From NCBI GenBank assembly GCA_016867315.1, contig VGJV01000001.1, forward strand, positions 130,649 through 194,648: a stretch of DNA of 64,000 nucleotides, given 5' to 3'. The translations under genes were made by a program, and so were the position numbers. The notes beneath the pieces were generated by a model. The model did no database searches and was not told where the DNA came from. It saw only the letters and a list, made by a program, of their open reading frames with translations. Within the stretch, counting starts at the first letter, position 1; the number at the start of each line of letters is the position of its first letter. Of the stretch, positions 1 through 8,992 are shown piece by piece. This stretch comes from Candidatus Liptonbacteria bacterium (GTDB taxonomy: Bacteria > Patescibacteriota > Minisyncoccia > UBA6257 > 2-01-FULL-56-20).

Positions 1-315
1 TACGAAAAAAATTCACACCCGCTTCGCGCACAAGTACCGATAAACTTTTTACAAAGAACAGTTCGGCAAGCTACAAGCTGGTCTCTATGAATCCACTTCA
101 TCTAAACGAACCGGATTCAATTGAGGGTCCGACCGAAGCCAGACCACGTTTTCTGCGACGATTGTGGGAAGTCGCGCATTCCCGAGGTTCTGCTTCCTCT
201 GGGCTCCAGTGTGGATTTTTTAAGAGAATTACCCTGGATACAAACTCTTTACCTTGATTTACACCGCCGGATTTTGCGGCAACCTTCCCTTACGGAAAGG
301 CGTTAGAGAAGTCAG

Positions 316-516
316 CTACTGGCGCCTCGCCGCTCCCGCACACCCAGGCACGACCTTTTGCATCGCGTCGCACTCGGAAGTTCGGTTGCGGAGAATTGCT
401 TTCGCCTTCTTCTCACCAAGTATTTCCCAAGCTCGGCGCGCGTCGGGGTGGCTTAAGGCCACGTATCCGGCGGCAACCGTCTCGAGAAGTTCCTCGGCTT
501 CGAAGCGAGTCGTCAT
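316..516 (-). CDS. Possible 66-aa hypothetical protein (MTTRFEAEELL...)
   Basis: ATG preceded by GGAGGA, downstream of the consensus promoter at 709-737; no recognisable homology; could be an incidental ORF within a structured RNA. Confidence 0.35.
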   Translation of the reverse strand: MTTRFEAEELLETVAAGYVALSHPDARRAWEILGEKKAKAILRNRTSECDAMQKVVPGCAGAARRQ

Positions 517-708
517 GACCCGTTCTCCTCCCGCGTTTTTCACTGACGCGGCGTCTCCATGACCACTGGAGACCGCCAAACAGCTCGCTTTTCATGGCTG
601 CGAGTGCCTTTTTTTCTTGTTTTCCTGTTCTCTAGGGAGCGTCCCTACGATACATGACTGGGTAGGGCGCTCTCCAGAGAACAGGCTCTAATCAAGCATC
701 TAGGCGGC

Positions 709-737
709 ATTATAGCGGGCATTTATAAAACTGTCAA
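709..737 (-). promoter_or_regulatory. Consensus sigma70 promoter
   Basis: Minus strand reads TTGACA-17 nt-TATAAT, a perfect match. Confidence 0.85.
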
Positions 738-899
738 TAGTTTTTGTCATAAAACTCCGACTTATCCTTTATTTTCAATATTAAATTGATATTTAATGTC
801 ATGTAAAAATATCTTATTTAAAAGTGTCATCTGTTCAATAAACGATTTTCCTTCATTTTCAATCCTAATACTTGAAAAAGTGAAAACTGACACGTTCTC

Positions 900-928
900 T
901 TGATAAACTTTAAGATTTCTGCTACGCT
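900..928 (+). promoter_or_regulatory. Sigma70-type promoter, divergent from the 709-737 promoter
   Basis: TTGATA-17 nt-TACGCT with TG extended -10; same -10 hexamer as the rpsT promoter. Confidence 0.6.
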
Positions 929-934
929 TCCGTC

Positions 935-1190
935 ACGCGGGGCTTTTAACGTGCTAAGCACAAAAAGAAAGAAAACAGCACGATGCCATCGGCGAGTAAG
1001 CTTGTCCCGTGTGCCGAAAGGCATTGTTGATAAAGAGAGGATTACCGATATGAAACATCGGACTTACCGAGGCGACGACGGTTAAGTAGTCGCCGCTCGC
1101 GCGAAAAGCGCGAAGTTGCTGAGTCGAGTCGATAACTCGAACTCAAAACAAACAAGGCTCGGTATCCAACAGGGATGCCGAGCCTATCTT
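935..1190 (+). ncRNA. Candidate structured ncRNA of unknown family
   Basis: Run of hairpins (1012-1023 GAAA tetraloop, 1045-1061, 1071-1094, 1097-1113, 1120-1145) between a promoter and a terminal hairpin. Confidence 0.45.
1155..1185. terminator. Probably bidirectional intrinsic terminator
   Basis: AGGCTCGGTATCC...GGATGCCGAGCCT stem with T-rich tracts on both strands, at the trmB-like stop codon. Confidence 0.7.
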
Positions 1191-1930
1191 TTTGCGGAAT
1201 CGATAATATAGCCTATTAAACTCTTCAAAGTTTCCGCGAGGTCGTGGCTCTTAATGTAAAGAGAGGAAATACTCTTTTTTAGAGAGTTTATCTTTATCTC
1301 GTCTCCATAAATGTCAATATCGCAGAAAATTGGATATTTGTTCTCGTCAATTCTCACCCGCTCGAAAGTCAGTTTCTCTGGAAGATCCCCTTTCGTGTGG
1401 GTGTACACCGAACGGCTTTTTGTTTTTGATTCAATTCGCTTATCTTCTAACTGTTTTCTTTCTGCTGGAGTAAAGAAATCATCATAGAGATCGCGGGAAT
1501 ATATACTGTATTTAAATTGCTCTTTTTTCCCTTCCTCGTACTTTTCTTTATACGAGGCTATTACACCTTCTCTGCCCTCAATGTACTTCACCACTGGTTT
1601 TGTGCCGCTTTCTTTTTGCACGCTCTTAAATTGCGGCACAAGGTCTTTTAAAAGTTTCGCTTTTTCTTCAAGCACTATTTTTTGCCGGGCAATGAACGTT
1701 TCGAGGCGCTCGGGAGGAGCGGCTTCAAAGCGGGTTTTCTTGCCCACTTTGGTTTCGGCCACTAATCCCTTTTGTTCGAGGGACTTCAAAACCACATAGA
1801 CTGTCGCGCGTTTCATGTCGAGCTTCCGGGAAAGTTCTAGCGGGGAAGAGTAATCCGCTTGGAGCAAGGCGAGGTAGATCGCCGCTTCTTTATCCGAGAG
1901 GCCGATGTCCTGGAGGTACTTTTCGAGCAT
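1184..1930 (-). CDS. TrmB-family transcriptional regulator
   Basis: N-terminal wHTH (GLSDKEAAIYLALL...RATVYVVLKSLEQKGLV) and 'VKYIEGREG' effector-domain start. Confidence 0.85.
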   Translation of the reverse strand: MLEKYLQDIGLSDKEAAIYLALLQADYSSPLELSRKLDMKRATVYVVLKSLEQKGLVAETKVGKKTRFEAAPPERLETFIARQKIVLEEKAKLLKDLVPQFKSVQKESGTKPVVKYIEGREGVIASYKEKYEEGKKEQFKYSIYSRDLYDDFFTPAERKQLEDKRIESKTKSRSVYTHTKGDLPEKLTFERVRIDENKYPIFCDIDIYGDEIKINSLKKSISSLYIKSHDLAETLKSLIGYIIDSAKR

Positions 1931-1966
1931 ACGCTTATTATATCAAGGTTAAACCTTTTTGCAGAT

Positions 1967-2401
1967 TCAAGGTTTAACCTTAGGGGAGTTCAAATCGGAA
2001 AGGTATTGTTCCATTAAGCGCACATCGCTCTTATCCTTTTCGCGAGCGCTCCCGTCCATGAGCCAGCCGCGCTTTACGCTAAGGAGAAATTCGACGGTAA
2101 TATAGCGAACCCCGTCTATAACCGTGGACTGACGCAACAAATCCGCGAATTTCCAGGTTTTCCCGAGCACGGTCCAGCGTGTTCCTATCTCAACTACATC
2201 CTGCGTAAGCACCTCGTTCCCATGATTTTGCCCCTTTTTGAAACGGCGGGTCTTCGAAAGTTCCTCATATTTTTCTTCGGGTATCACCACATCAATGTCC
2301 TTGCTTTCCCGAAGATGCAGTGCACTTAAAATGCCGGACCCGATCACCACGGCATTGTGGGGATCCAATCCCAGCGCATATAACTTACTTTTTATTTCCA
2401 T
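1967..2401 (-). CDS. Hypothetical protein, nucleotidyltransferase-like
   Basis: VIGSG...DIDVV and REKDKSD motifs. Confidence 0.55.
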   Translation of the reverse strand: MEIKSKLYALGLDPHNAVVIGSGILSALHLRESKDIDVVIPEEKYEELSKTRRFKKGQNHGNEVLTQDVVEIGTRWTVLGKTWKFADLLRQSTVIDGVRYITVEFLLSVKRGWLMDGSAREKDKSDVRLMEQYLSDLNSPKVKP

Positions 2402-2404
2402 GAT

Positions 2405-3778
2405 TTAGACAAGCTCAAAACTTTCACCCTTCTTAGGCACTACGGCTTCTACTGCAAACATATCTTTTATCTTCCCCGCAAGCGTGAGACTCGCGCCGTT
2501 TTCCCCCTGCACCACAAACACTTTGCGAAGCGAGTATCGCATGGAACGGAGCCAGTGCAGAAGTTTCGGCTGATCGGCATGCGCCGAGTAGCCGCTTACT
2601 GCCACTCGCCGCGCATGCACTTCCACTTCTTCGCCATGAATGGTGACTTTTTTTGCACCGTCCAAAATCGCTCGGCCAAGGGAACCCTTGGTTTGATACC
2701 CCGCAAAGAGAATGGTGCTCTTAGGATCGGGTAAGTAGCGCTTTTCGTGATGGAGAATCCTCCCGCCCTGTGACATGCCGGACCCTGCAATAATAATTTT
2801 CGGGGGCATCACTTCGTTGATCTCCTTGGACTGCTCGGAGGTAAGACATAGGCGGAGATTGGGGAAATTCAGAATATCATCGCCGGACTTTACCTGCGCC
2901 CGCGTTTCTTTATTAAAATAATGCTCATATTTTTTGTAGACGCCTGTAAGCTTGATCGCCAAAGGACTATCGATAAAGACCGGTGCTCGCGGCACCTTCC
3001 CTTTCTCAAAAAGATTATTGAGGTGATAGAGCAGCTTTTGGGTCCGCTCAAGCGCAAAAGCAGGGATGAGGAGCGTTCCTCCCGCTTTTACCGTAGCTTC
3101 AATCACATCCTCCAAAGCTTCTTCTTGCTTCATTGCCTCTTCGTGTACTCGATCTCCATAGGTCGACTCAATTATGCAATAGTCCGCTGCCTCCACCTGC
3201 TCGGTAGGCTTAATTATGGGAGCCGAGTCATTTCCCAAATCTCCCGAAAACACAATCGAGCGAGAAATGTTTTTCTCTCGTATTTCGAATTTCACAATTG
3301 AAGACCCTAAGACGTGACCGGCATCCAGAAAGGAAATCTTCATTCCTCCGTACTCGATCGTTTCATGATACGGGACACCATGCCAATGCCTCATCGCGGT
3401 CTCGATGTCTATCACCGTATAGAGCGGAGCGGTACGCTCCCGTTCAGCTTCTTTTTGCAGGAGATGCTCGGAATCCAAGAGCAACAATTCCGCGCAGTCT
3501 CTCGTGGGCGGAGTGGAATAGACCGTCCCGCGAAACCCTTCTCGAAACATCTTCGGGATCAACCCTACGTGATCGATGTGCGCATGGGTCACAAATAATG
3601 CATCAATTTCCTTGGGATCATAAGAAAAGGCCTCGAAGTTTTCTTTCTCCGCAAAATGACCGCCTTGATGCAAGCCGCAGTCAATAAGAAACTTGATCGG
3701 TTTCTTTTCGCCTTCAATCTCGAGTAAATAATTGGCGCCGGTTACCGAGCCTGCTCCCCCGTGAAAAGTTAAACGCAT
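2405..3778 (-). CDS. MBL-fold beta-CASP RNA-processing ribonuclease
   Basis: THAHIDH, DAGHVLGS, FSGDLG, ESTYG, SAHAD motifs. Confidence 0.93.
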   Translation of the reverse strand: MRLTFHGGAGSVTGANYLLEIEGEKKPIKFLIDCGLHQGGHFAEKENFEAFSYDPKEIDALFVTHAHIDHVGLIPKMFREGFRGTVYSTPPTRDCAELLLLDSEHLLQKEAERERTAPLYTVIDIETAMRHWHGVPYHETIEYGGMKISFLDAGHVLGSSIVKFEIREKNISRSIVFSGDLGNDSAPIIKPTEQVEAADYCIIESTYGDRVHEEAMKQEEALEDVIEATVKAGGTLLIPAFALERTQKLLYHLNNLFEKGKVPRAPVFIDSPLAIKLTGVYKKYEHYFNKETRAQVKSGDDILNFPNLRLCLTSEQSKEINEVMPPKIIIAGSGMSQGGRILHHEKRYLPDPKSTILFAGYQTKGSLGRAILDGAKKVTIHGEEVEVHARRVAVSGYSAHADQPKLLHWLRSMRYSLRKVFVVQGENGASLTLAGKIKDMFAVEAVVPKKGESFELV

Positions 3779-3818
3779 AAATACGTATCGAAACTAATAC
3801 ATACATTGTACCAATACG

Positions 3819-5147
3819 CTAACGAGCGTGAGGCCCATTTGCCGTCATTTCCCGCAACTCTTCCCGCACCACCAATCGATCATCCCAGGCAATACTTTTC
3901 CCTTTTATGATCATAGACTGCTCCGCTCCTTTGCCAGTAATAAGCACCACGTCTCCTTTCTCTCCCAACGAGAGAGCTTTTCGAATTCCTTCCTGGCGAT
4001 CTTCTATACAAAACAGCGTTTTATCTCTCTCCTTGCCAGCGGCTTCTGCAGCTTGGGCAATATCTTCAATAATCTGCATGGGGTCATCATCGTAGGGGTC
4101 CACATTGGAGACGATTACGAAATCGGCGAGCTTCCCCGCAAGCTCTCCCATTAAAGGCCGCTTTTCTTTATCCCGCCCCCCGCCCTCAGCCCCGAGCAGC
4201 ACGATCACCCTTCCTCTCTTTCCTGCAAGAGCCCGGCCCGCGGTTAGGGCGGCTTCCATGCTCACTTTTTCATGCGCGTAGTCCACGATCACTTTAAAGG
4301 ATTGCCCTTCTTCAATCTCTTCCATCCGGCCAGGAATAAGTTTTAAGAAGGCGAGCCCTTCCGCAATACAGGCAGTGGGGAACCCCAGCATTTCTCCCAA
4401 CGCAACTGCAGGAAGGGCATTTTGCACATTAAATTCTCCCGCAATATTCAGATGATATTCGGCTTCTTTTACTCGGAAGGAGACCCCGTCCTTCGTGCTT
4501 TTAATACTTGCGGCTACATAATCCGCTCCCTGCTCCACTATTCCAAAAGTTGCCACTTTGTCCGCAGGAAAGCTCAAGAAGAAATCTCGGTCGGCTGCAT
4601 CTTTATTGATCAACGTCATGCGCCCGATGGGTTCTCCGTCTATTATTTTTCGCGGGTGCGCGGTGAGCGCTTTAAACAACTTTCCCTTGGCTGCCCGATA
4701 CGCTTCGAAGCTTCCGTGCGCTTCGATGTGCTCCCTCGTGAGATTCGTGAACACCGCCACGTCATACCAGATTCCTATATGTCTCCACTGCGCAAGACCT
4801 TCCGAAGTAGTTTCGATCACGCAGTGCGTGCACCCCTCATTCACCATCAATCGAAGAAACTTTTGTAGTTCGAAGGGGCCGGGCATCGTCATGTGATAAG
4901 GGTTCAACATCTGCTTGTCCCCCACCCGGATGAGCGCGGTGCTTATAAGACCAGTTTGCTTCCCTCCCGCTTGTAGCACCGCCCACAGGAAATTCGCGGC
5001 AGTGGTTTTTCCTTTAGTGCCTGTGACTCCGATCACCACCATCCCCCGCGAAGGGAATTTATACCACCCTGCGGCGGCGAAGGCTCGGAGGTAGTGATAT
5101 GCCGAGAGCACCCAGCGAGGAGTAAATGATCGGATGGTTTTTTTCAT
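3819..5147 (-). CDS. murE: UDP-N-acetylmuramoyl-tripeptide synthetase (MurE family)
   Basis: GVTGTKGKTT, TNLTREH, PGRME, DYAH, GGRDKEKRP, GKGAE motifs. Confidence 0.88.
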   Translation of the reverse strand: MKKTIRSFTPRWVLSAYHYLRAFAAAGWYKFPSRGMVVIGVTGTKGKTTAANFLWAVLQAGGKQTGLISTALIRVGDKQMLNPYHMTMPGPFELQKFLRLMVNEGCTHCVIETTSEGLAQWRHIGIWYDVAVFTNLTREHIEAHGSFEAYRAAKGKLFKALTAHPRKIIDGEPIGRMTLINKDAADRDFFLSFPADKVATFGIVEQGADYVAASIKSTKDGVSFRVKEAEYHLNIAGEFNVQNALPAVALGEMLGFPTACIAEGLAFLKLIPGRMEEIEEGQSFKVIVDYAHEKVSMEAALTAGRALAGKRGRVIVLLGAEGGGRDKEKRPLMGELAGKLADFVIVSNVDPYDDDPMQIIEDIAQAAEAAGKERDKTLFCIEDRQEGIRKALSLGEKGDVVLITGKGAEQSMIIKGKSIAWDDRLVVREELREMTANGPHAR

Positions 5148-6166
5148 ATGCCCAGCGTGCCTAAAAATTTTCTTGCTACGTAGGAATAATACCAGAATTT
5201 ATTTCCTATAAGATCCCGAAAATGGCCGTGCTCGAGAAGGGTCCCGCCAAATTTGCGCTTGAAACTCGAAAGGCCTCCCCACTGTTCGCGTGCATCGATT
5301 TCCGCCGTAACTCCACCGAAATTGTAGCGTGTGATCCCAAGTGTTTTTGCTTTGCGGATTGCGGTCCATTGGGCGGCGTAGGAGCCCATGAGCTCCCGAT
5401 GGGAAGAACTTGAACCTCCGAATACGAAGTTGGCTTGCCGCCCGCAGCACACAATAAAATGAGCTGCGAGAATATTCATTTCATGCTTTGCAAGCACCAA
5501 GAAGGCGCTGTTATTCTCTGCCGAAACCCGGAAAACTCCTTCGTAATATTCTTTAGCATGCAGGGTAAACGCATCCCGCTTCGCCGTTTCTTCGAGAAGG
5601 GCATAAAACTCTTCGAAATGCTCCGGGAGCTTCTGGCCTTCTATTACCTCAGTGCGCACCCCCCTTCTTTCGGCAGCTCGGATACTGTATCGCGTATTGT
5701 GATGCATCTCCCGAAGAAGTCTCTCTTCTGATTCTTTAATATCCAATACCCATTCAGCGCGCGGCTGTAGAAAAGAGCCGCGTGTCGTAACACTTGGGGC
5801 AGTTTTCAAACCTTTGGGCTGGAGTGAGGAAGGCAGCTCTATGCGAACAAATACCGATGCAGTTTCTTGGACCAACTCTTCCAGCTTGGTTTTAAGCGCT
5901 TCGAGGTAATGCTCATCCGGCTTTTCTTTCCATACCGGCCCATAGGGTGCATACCAGTAGGTTTTATTTTTCGCGAGCGGATATTCAATGAGCTGCACCG
6001 CACCAATTATTGCTCCGCCTTCTTTCCCCACCCACCGGCGGACATTCCTTCCTACTTCCCTTTGCCACTCTCCATATTCGAAGCTTTGCGTGAATGGGGC
6101 AGCCAACGAAAACTTCCCAATATCAAATTCCGCAGCCTCTTTAACTTCTTCAAATACAATACTCAT
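5144..6166 (-). CDS. FemABX-family peptidoglycan bridge aminoacyltransferase
   Basis: QSFEYGEW, YAPYGP, TRYSIRAA, YNFGG...FKRKFGG. Confidence 0.88.
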   Translation of the reverse strand: MSIVFEEVKEAAEFDIGKFSLAAPFTQSFEYGEWQREVGRNVRRWVGKEGGAIIGAVQLIEYPLAKNKTYWYAPYGPVWKEKPDEHYLEALKTKLEELVQETASVFVRIELPSSLQPKGLKTAPSVTTRGSFLQPRAEWVLDIKESEERLLREMHHNTRYSIRAAERRGVRTEVIEGQKLPEHFEEFYALLEETAKRDAFTLHAKEYYEGVFRVSAENNSAFLVLAKHEMNILAAHFIVCCGRQANFVFGGSSSSHRELMGSYAAQWTAIRKAKTLGITRYNFGGVTAEIDAREQWGGLSSFKRKFGGTLLEHGHFRDLIGNKFWYYSYVARKFLGTLGI

Positions 6167-6744
6167 CCCTTTCCACTTAGAACCTTGAGGGCCTCTTTTA
6201 ATCGAATCGAGAGATCTTCGGAAGAGGTTTTAGTTTTCTCAATCGCTTCCCGAGCTTCTTCCCGCCGATAGCCCAAACTTATGAGCGTTTCTTCGAGGTC
6301 CGCATTCGTATCCATCTGCCGCACCGTGGCTCCAGACCCGCGAGCTTTCACTTTCGTCTTTAGTTCTAGAATAATACGTTCGGCGGTTTTTCTTCCGATT
6401 CCCGACGCGCGCGTCAATAGATCCGGTCGTTCTTCAATTATTGCCGCTTCGATTTCCTTCAAGGCTGCGACGTCTAGAATGGAAAGGGCGGACTTCGGTC
6501 CCACTCCTCCTACTGAATTCAAAAGGTTAAAGAAAAATAATTCTTCTTCGCTCATAAAACCATAAAGATCCAGCGCATCTTCGCGCACATGAAGATGCGT
6601 AAAAAGCTTCACTTCCGTGCCCACTCTCGGCAGAGCTTTGAGCGTTCTCTCATTTGTCGCCACCAAGAAACCCACTCCTCCCACGTCGACCACGGCCGCA
6701 TGCTCCATTTTCTTTGCGAGTTTGCCTTCGAGCGCGTGGATCAT
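6163..6744 (-). CDS. ruvA: Holliday junction DNA helicase subunit RuvA
   Basis: HVREDALDLYGF, GVGPKSA, GIGRKTAERIILELK. Confidence 0.96.
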   Translation of the reverse strand: MIHALEGKLAKKMEHAAVVDVGGVGFLVATNERTLKALPRVGTEVKLFTHLHVREDALDLYGFMSEEELFFFNLLNSVGGVGPKSALSILDVAALKEIEAAIIEERPDLLTRASGIGRKTAERIILELKTKVKARGSGATVRQMDTNADLEETLISLGYRREEAREAIEKTKTSSEDLSIRLKEALKVLSGKG

Positions 6745-6782
6745 GAATCTATACTACCACTCCCCATGAACCCCGAGAAACA

Positions 6783-6812
6783 TTGACATCAGGGCCTCAA
6801 ATGCGGTACGCT
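6783..6812 (+). promoter_or_regulatory. rpsT promoter
   Basis: TTGACA-18 nt-TACGCT. Confidence 0.6.
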
Positions 6813-6826
6813 AATCCCACTAAAAC

Positions 6827-7111
6827 ATGCCCATCATTTCTTCCGCGAAGAAAGCTCTGCGCCAAAGCGCTCGACGCCGGACGCTCAACTTGGCGCGCAC
6901 GGACGCCTATAAGCGCACCGTTAAGGAATTCCGAAAACTTGTGAGCTCAAAGAAACTCGACGAAGCCAAAACTATTCTTGCGAAGGCTTATAAGGTGCTC
7001 GATAAAGCTGCGAAAACTGGCACAATCAAGAAAAACAAAGCGGACCGGCTTAAGTCCCGATTGGCAGTGAAGCTTAACCCGCCCGCCCCGCGAACGCCCT
7101 CCAGCGCCTAA
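6827..7111 (+). CDS. rpsT: 30S ribosomal protein S20
   Basis: MPIISSAKKALRQS...LDKAAKTGTIKKNKADRLKSRL. Confidence 0.96.
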   Translation: MPIISSAKKALRQSARRRTLNLARTDAYKRTVKEFRKLVSSKKLDEAKTILAKAYKVLDKAAKTGTIKKNKADRLKSRLAVKLNPPAPRTPSSA

Positions 7112-7140
7112 GGCGGCGACTTTGTGAATTGCAACTCTCC

Positions 7141-7167
7141 CGCCCTCGGCGCTCTCGAGGGCGTTTT
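7141..7167 (+). terminator. Intrinsic terminator of rpsT
   Basis: CGCCCTCG-loop-CGAGGGCG followed by TTTT. Confidence 0.7.
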
Positions 7168-7290
7168 CATTATTTATAACCTTCCCTCACGAAACGCGGA
7201 GCACCCCTCAAAGCACATTTCGTCAGGGAATGCACCGTGCGGGTTCCCTGACCTAGCTTTCCGCACATTTACAATCAAAAAGGCTGAACA

Positions 7291-7719
7291 ATGGATACTT
7301 CAAATATCAGGAACGAAAAGGTGCGATGGATACTCGAGCAAATATATAGACTCGTAGGCGAGCACGAGCTCAGGCTCCTCCACGAAACCCCACTACCCAA
7401 CATTGATATGTTGCGCAGACGACTCGCAGATACCGTACGCTCGAAATTCGGAATGCTCTCGGAAAATGATTTCCAGCGGATTGGCTCATACGGCCTCGGA
7501 TTAGGGAATGATGGGTTCTGGGAGTTTGGGGACGACGACTTTCTTGAGGAAACTCAATTAGAGACCGCCGGACTTGTACTCAAGGCCGGGATGTCGGGCA
7601 ACGAATTCCTCCGCGAAGTGGCATACACCACTATCGTGGCGCTCACGTGGGACCTTCTCCACCAGGACGAATACCGCAGAGCAGAAGATCGACGGCGCCG
7701 AACGTATGCTCTGGTTTAA
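7291..7719 (+). CDS. Hypothetical protein (142 aa)
   Basis: Fills the intergenic space and is followed by a terminator hairpin; no recognisable motif. Confidence 0.65.
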   Translation: MDTSNIRNEKVRWILEQIYRLVGEHELRLLHETPLPNIDMLRRRLADTVRSKFGMLSENDFQRIGSYGLGLGNDGFWEFGDDDFLEETQLETAGLVLKAGMSGNEFLREVAYTTIVALTWDLLHQDEYRRAEDRRRRTYALV

Positions 7720-7765
7720 TCATCGAAGCAAACTTAAAGAAACCTTTTAGAAAGGTAGAAATGAA

Positions 7766-7805
7766 CAACCCTGTCCCGAATCAATCGGTAACAGGGTTGT
7801 TTTTG
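7766..7805 (+). terminator. Intrinsic terminator
   Basis: ACAACCCTGT...ACAGGGTTGT followed by a T-run. Confidence 0.65.
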
Positions 7806-7826
7806 TTTTCGATTTCCAGGTCGTGG

Positions 7827-8921
7827 CTATTCTTCCACGACCGTGAAAAATCTTTTGGGACTCAGGGGTTTTAAAGTCTCCATCGGTTGTCCGGTACCGA
7901 TGAAGAGTGTTTCTGTCCAGACATTGAAGTCTGAGGTTTCTCGCAGGCGGTATGTCTTCCCCGAGAACGTCGGCCAGGAGAGCACGACTCTGTCATTTGC
8001 TCTCTGAATACTCATTCTTAGCCGAATCGCGAGGAGTTTGCGCACGGCGGGGGCGATGCGTTCGGCCATCACGCGATAGCCTGCCGCATTCGGATGAAAG
8101 GTGTTGAAGTCCCAAAACTCCGAGATTTCTTCCAATCCGAAAAGCACGTTTGGAACATACCCCGCTCCCATTTCATCGCTTAACTTGCGGAACTCACGTT
8201 CGAAGTCATCAAAGAATGGCTTCTTGAATCCAACAATTACCACCATTGCTCCTTTTTCCTGACTGCGTCGAATGATTTCCCGAAGATTCCGGAAAGTAGT
8301 CTCGCGAGGAACAAACGTGCGATAGTCATTCCAGCCTCCGAAGATCGGTATTAGATCCGGATTATGTGGAAACACATCCGTTTCTAGTCTCATGAGCATC
8401 TGTTCGGTGGTGTCAGCATGTTTACCGGCATTGATCACTTCCACCTGCGTCATCGCTCCTAGTTGTGCAGGAAGGGTTTGCTCGGGGAGCAGATCGCGAC
8501 CTTCCACTATGCTGTCCCCCAGAAACACCACCTTCGAGCCTTCTTGCGGAAAGTTCTTCACCTTATGCGGGTCTGGGATCACTCCCACCACTTGTAGCGT
8601 CTCGCTCACGGCGAGTTCGCTTTGGAATTGCCCAGTGAAGGAACGATCCACGAGGCGAAGCCGGTAGGTGCCCGGCTCGGGGACAATAAAATCGGTGTCT
8701 CCGTCTCTGCCGAAGGTGACTTTTCGCTCTTCGAATTCCCAGCCTTTCGTTCCTTCCTTTTCGAGCTCGACCCATTTCGTAGCATCAATCGTCGAGGCAG
8801 GTGCCCATAGAGCCTCCACCGTTTCTCTTTCGAGCACGGGCGCAAGAGCTATAAAGGTGACGATGGCGGCGTAGGTAAGTGGAGCCGCTCCCACTATAGA
8901 CATTGCTTTCAAAACTTTCAT
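7827..8921 (-). CDS. Secreted SGNH/GDSL hydrolase (TesA/arylesterase-like) with an extra C-terminal domain
   Basis: FLGDSI, INAG, GGWND, HPNAAGY blocks; N-terminal hydrophobic segment; GGGAGG Shine-Dalgarno. Confidence 0.85.
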   Translation of the reverse strand: MKVLKAMSIVGAAPLTYAAIVTFIALAPVLERETVEALWAPASTIDATKWVELEKEGTKGWEFEERKVTFGRDGDTDFIVPEPGTYRLRLVDRSFTGQFQSELAVSETLQVVGVIPDPHKVKNFPQEGSKVVFLGDSIVEGRDLLPEQTLPAQLGAMTQVEVINAGKHADTTEQMLMRLETDVFPHNPDLIPIFGGWNDYRTFVPRETTFRNLREIIRRSQEKGAMVVIVGFKKPFFDDFEREFRKLSDEMGAGYVPNVLFGLEEISEFWDFNTFHPNAAGYRVMAERIAPAVRKLLAIRLRMSIQRANDRVVLSWPTFSGKTYRLRETSDFNVWTETLFIGTGQPMETLKPLSPKRFFTVVEE

Positions 8922-8992
8922 AATCCTCCCATTTAAAATTGCTAAAGAGGCTTATCTTACTTAGGATAAGCCGCCCAAAATCTACTTACTTT

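Noticed and set aside
67-80. CAAGCTA CAAGCTG as another member of the heptamer family
   Set aside because: Only two units; could be chance
184-212. AGGAAGCAG on the minus strand as SRP RNA helix 8
   Set aside because: The matching CAGG...GNRA stem is absent
732-893. Recurrent TGTCA/TGACA words in the AT-rich divergent promoter region as operator repeats
   Set aside because: Only 5-6 bp, irregularly spaced, and one is the -35 itself; insufficient support
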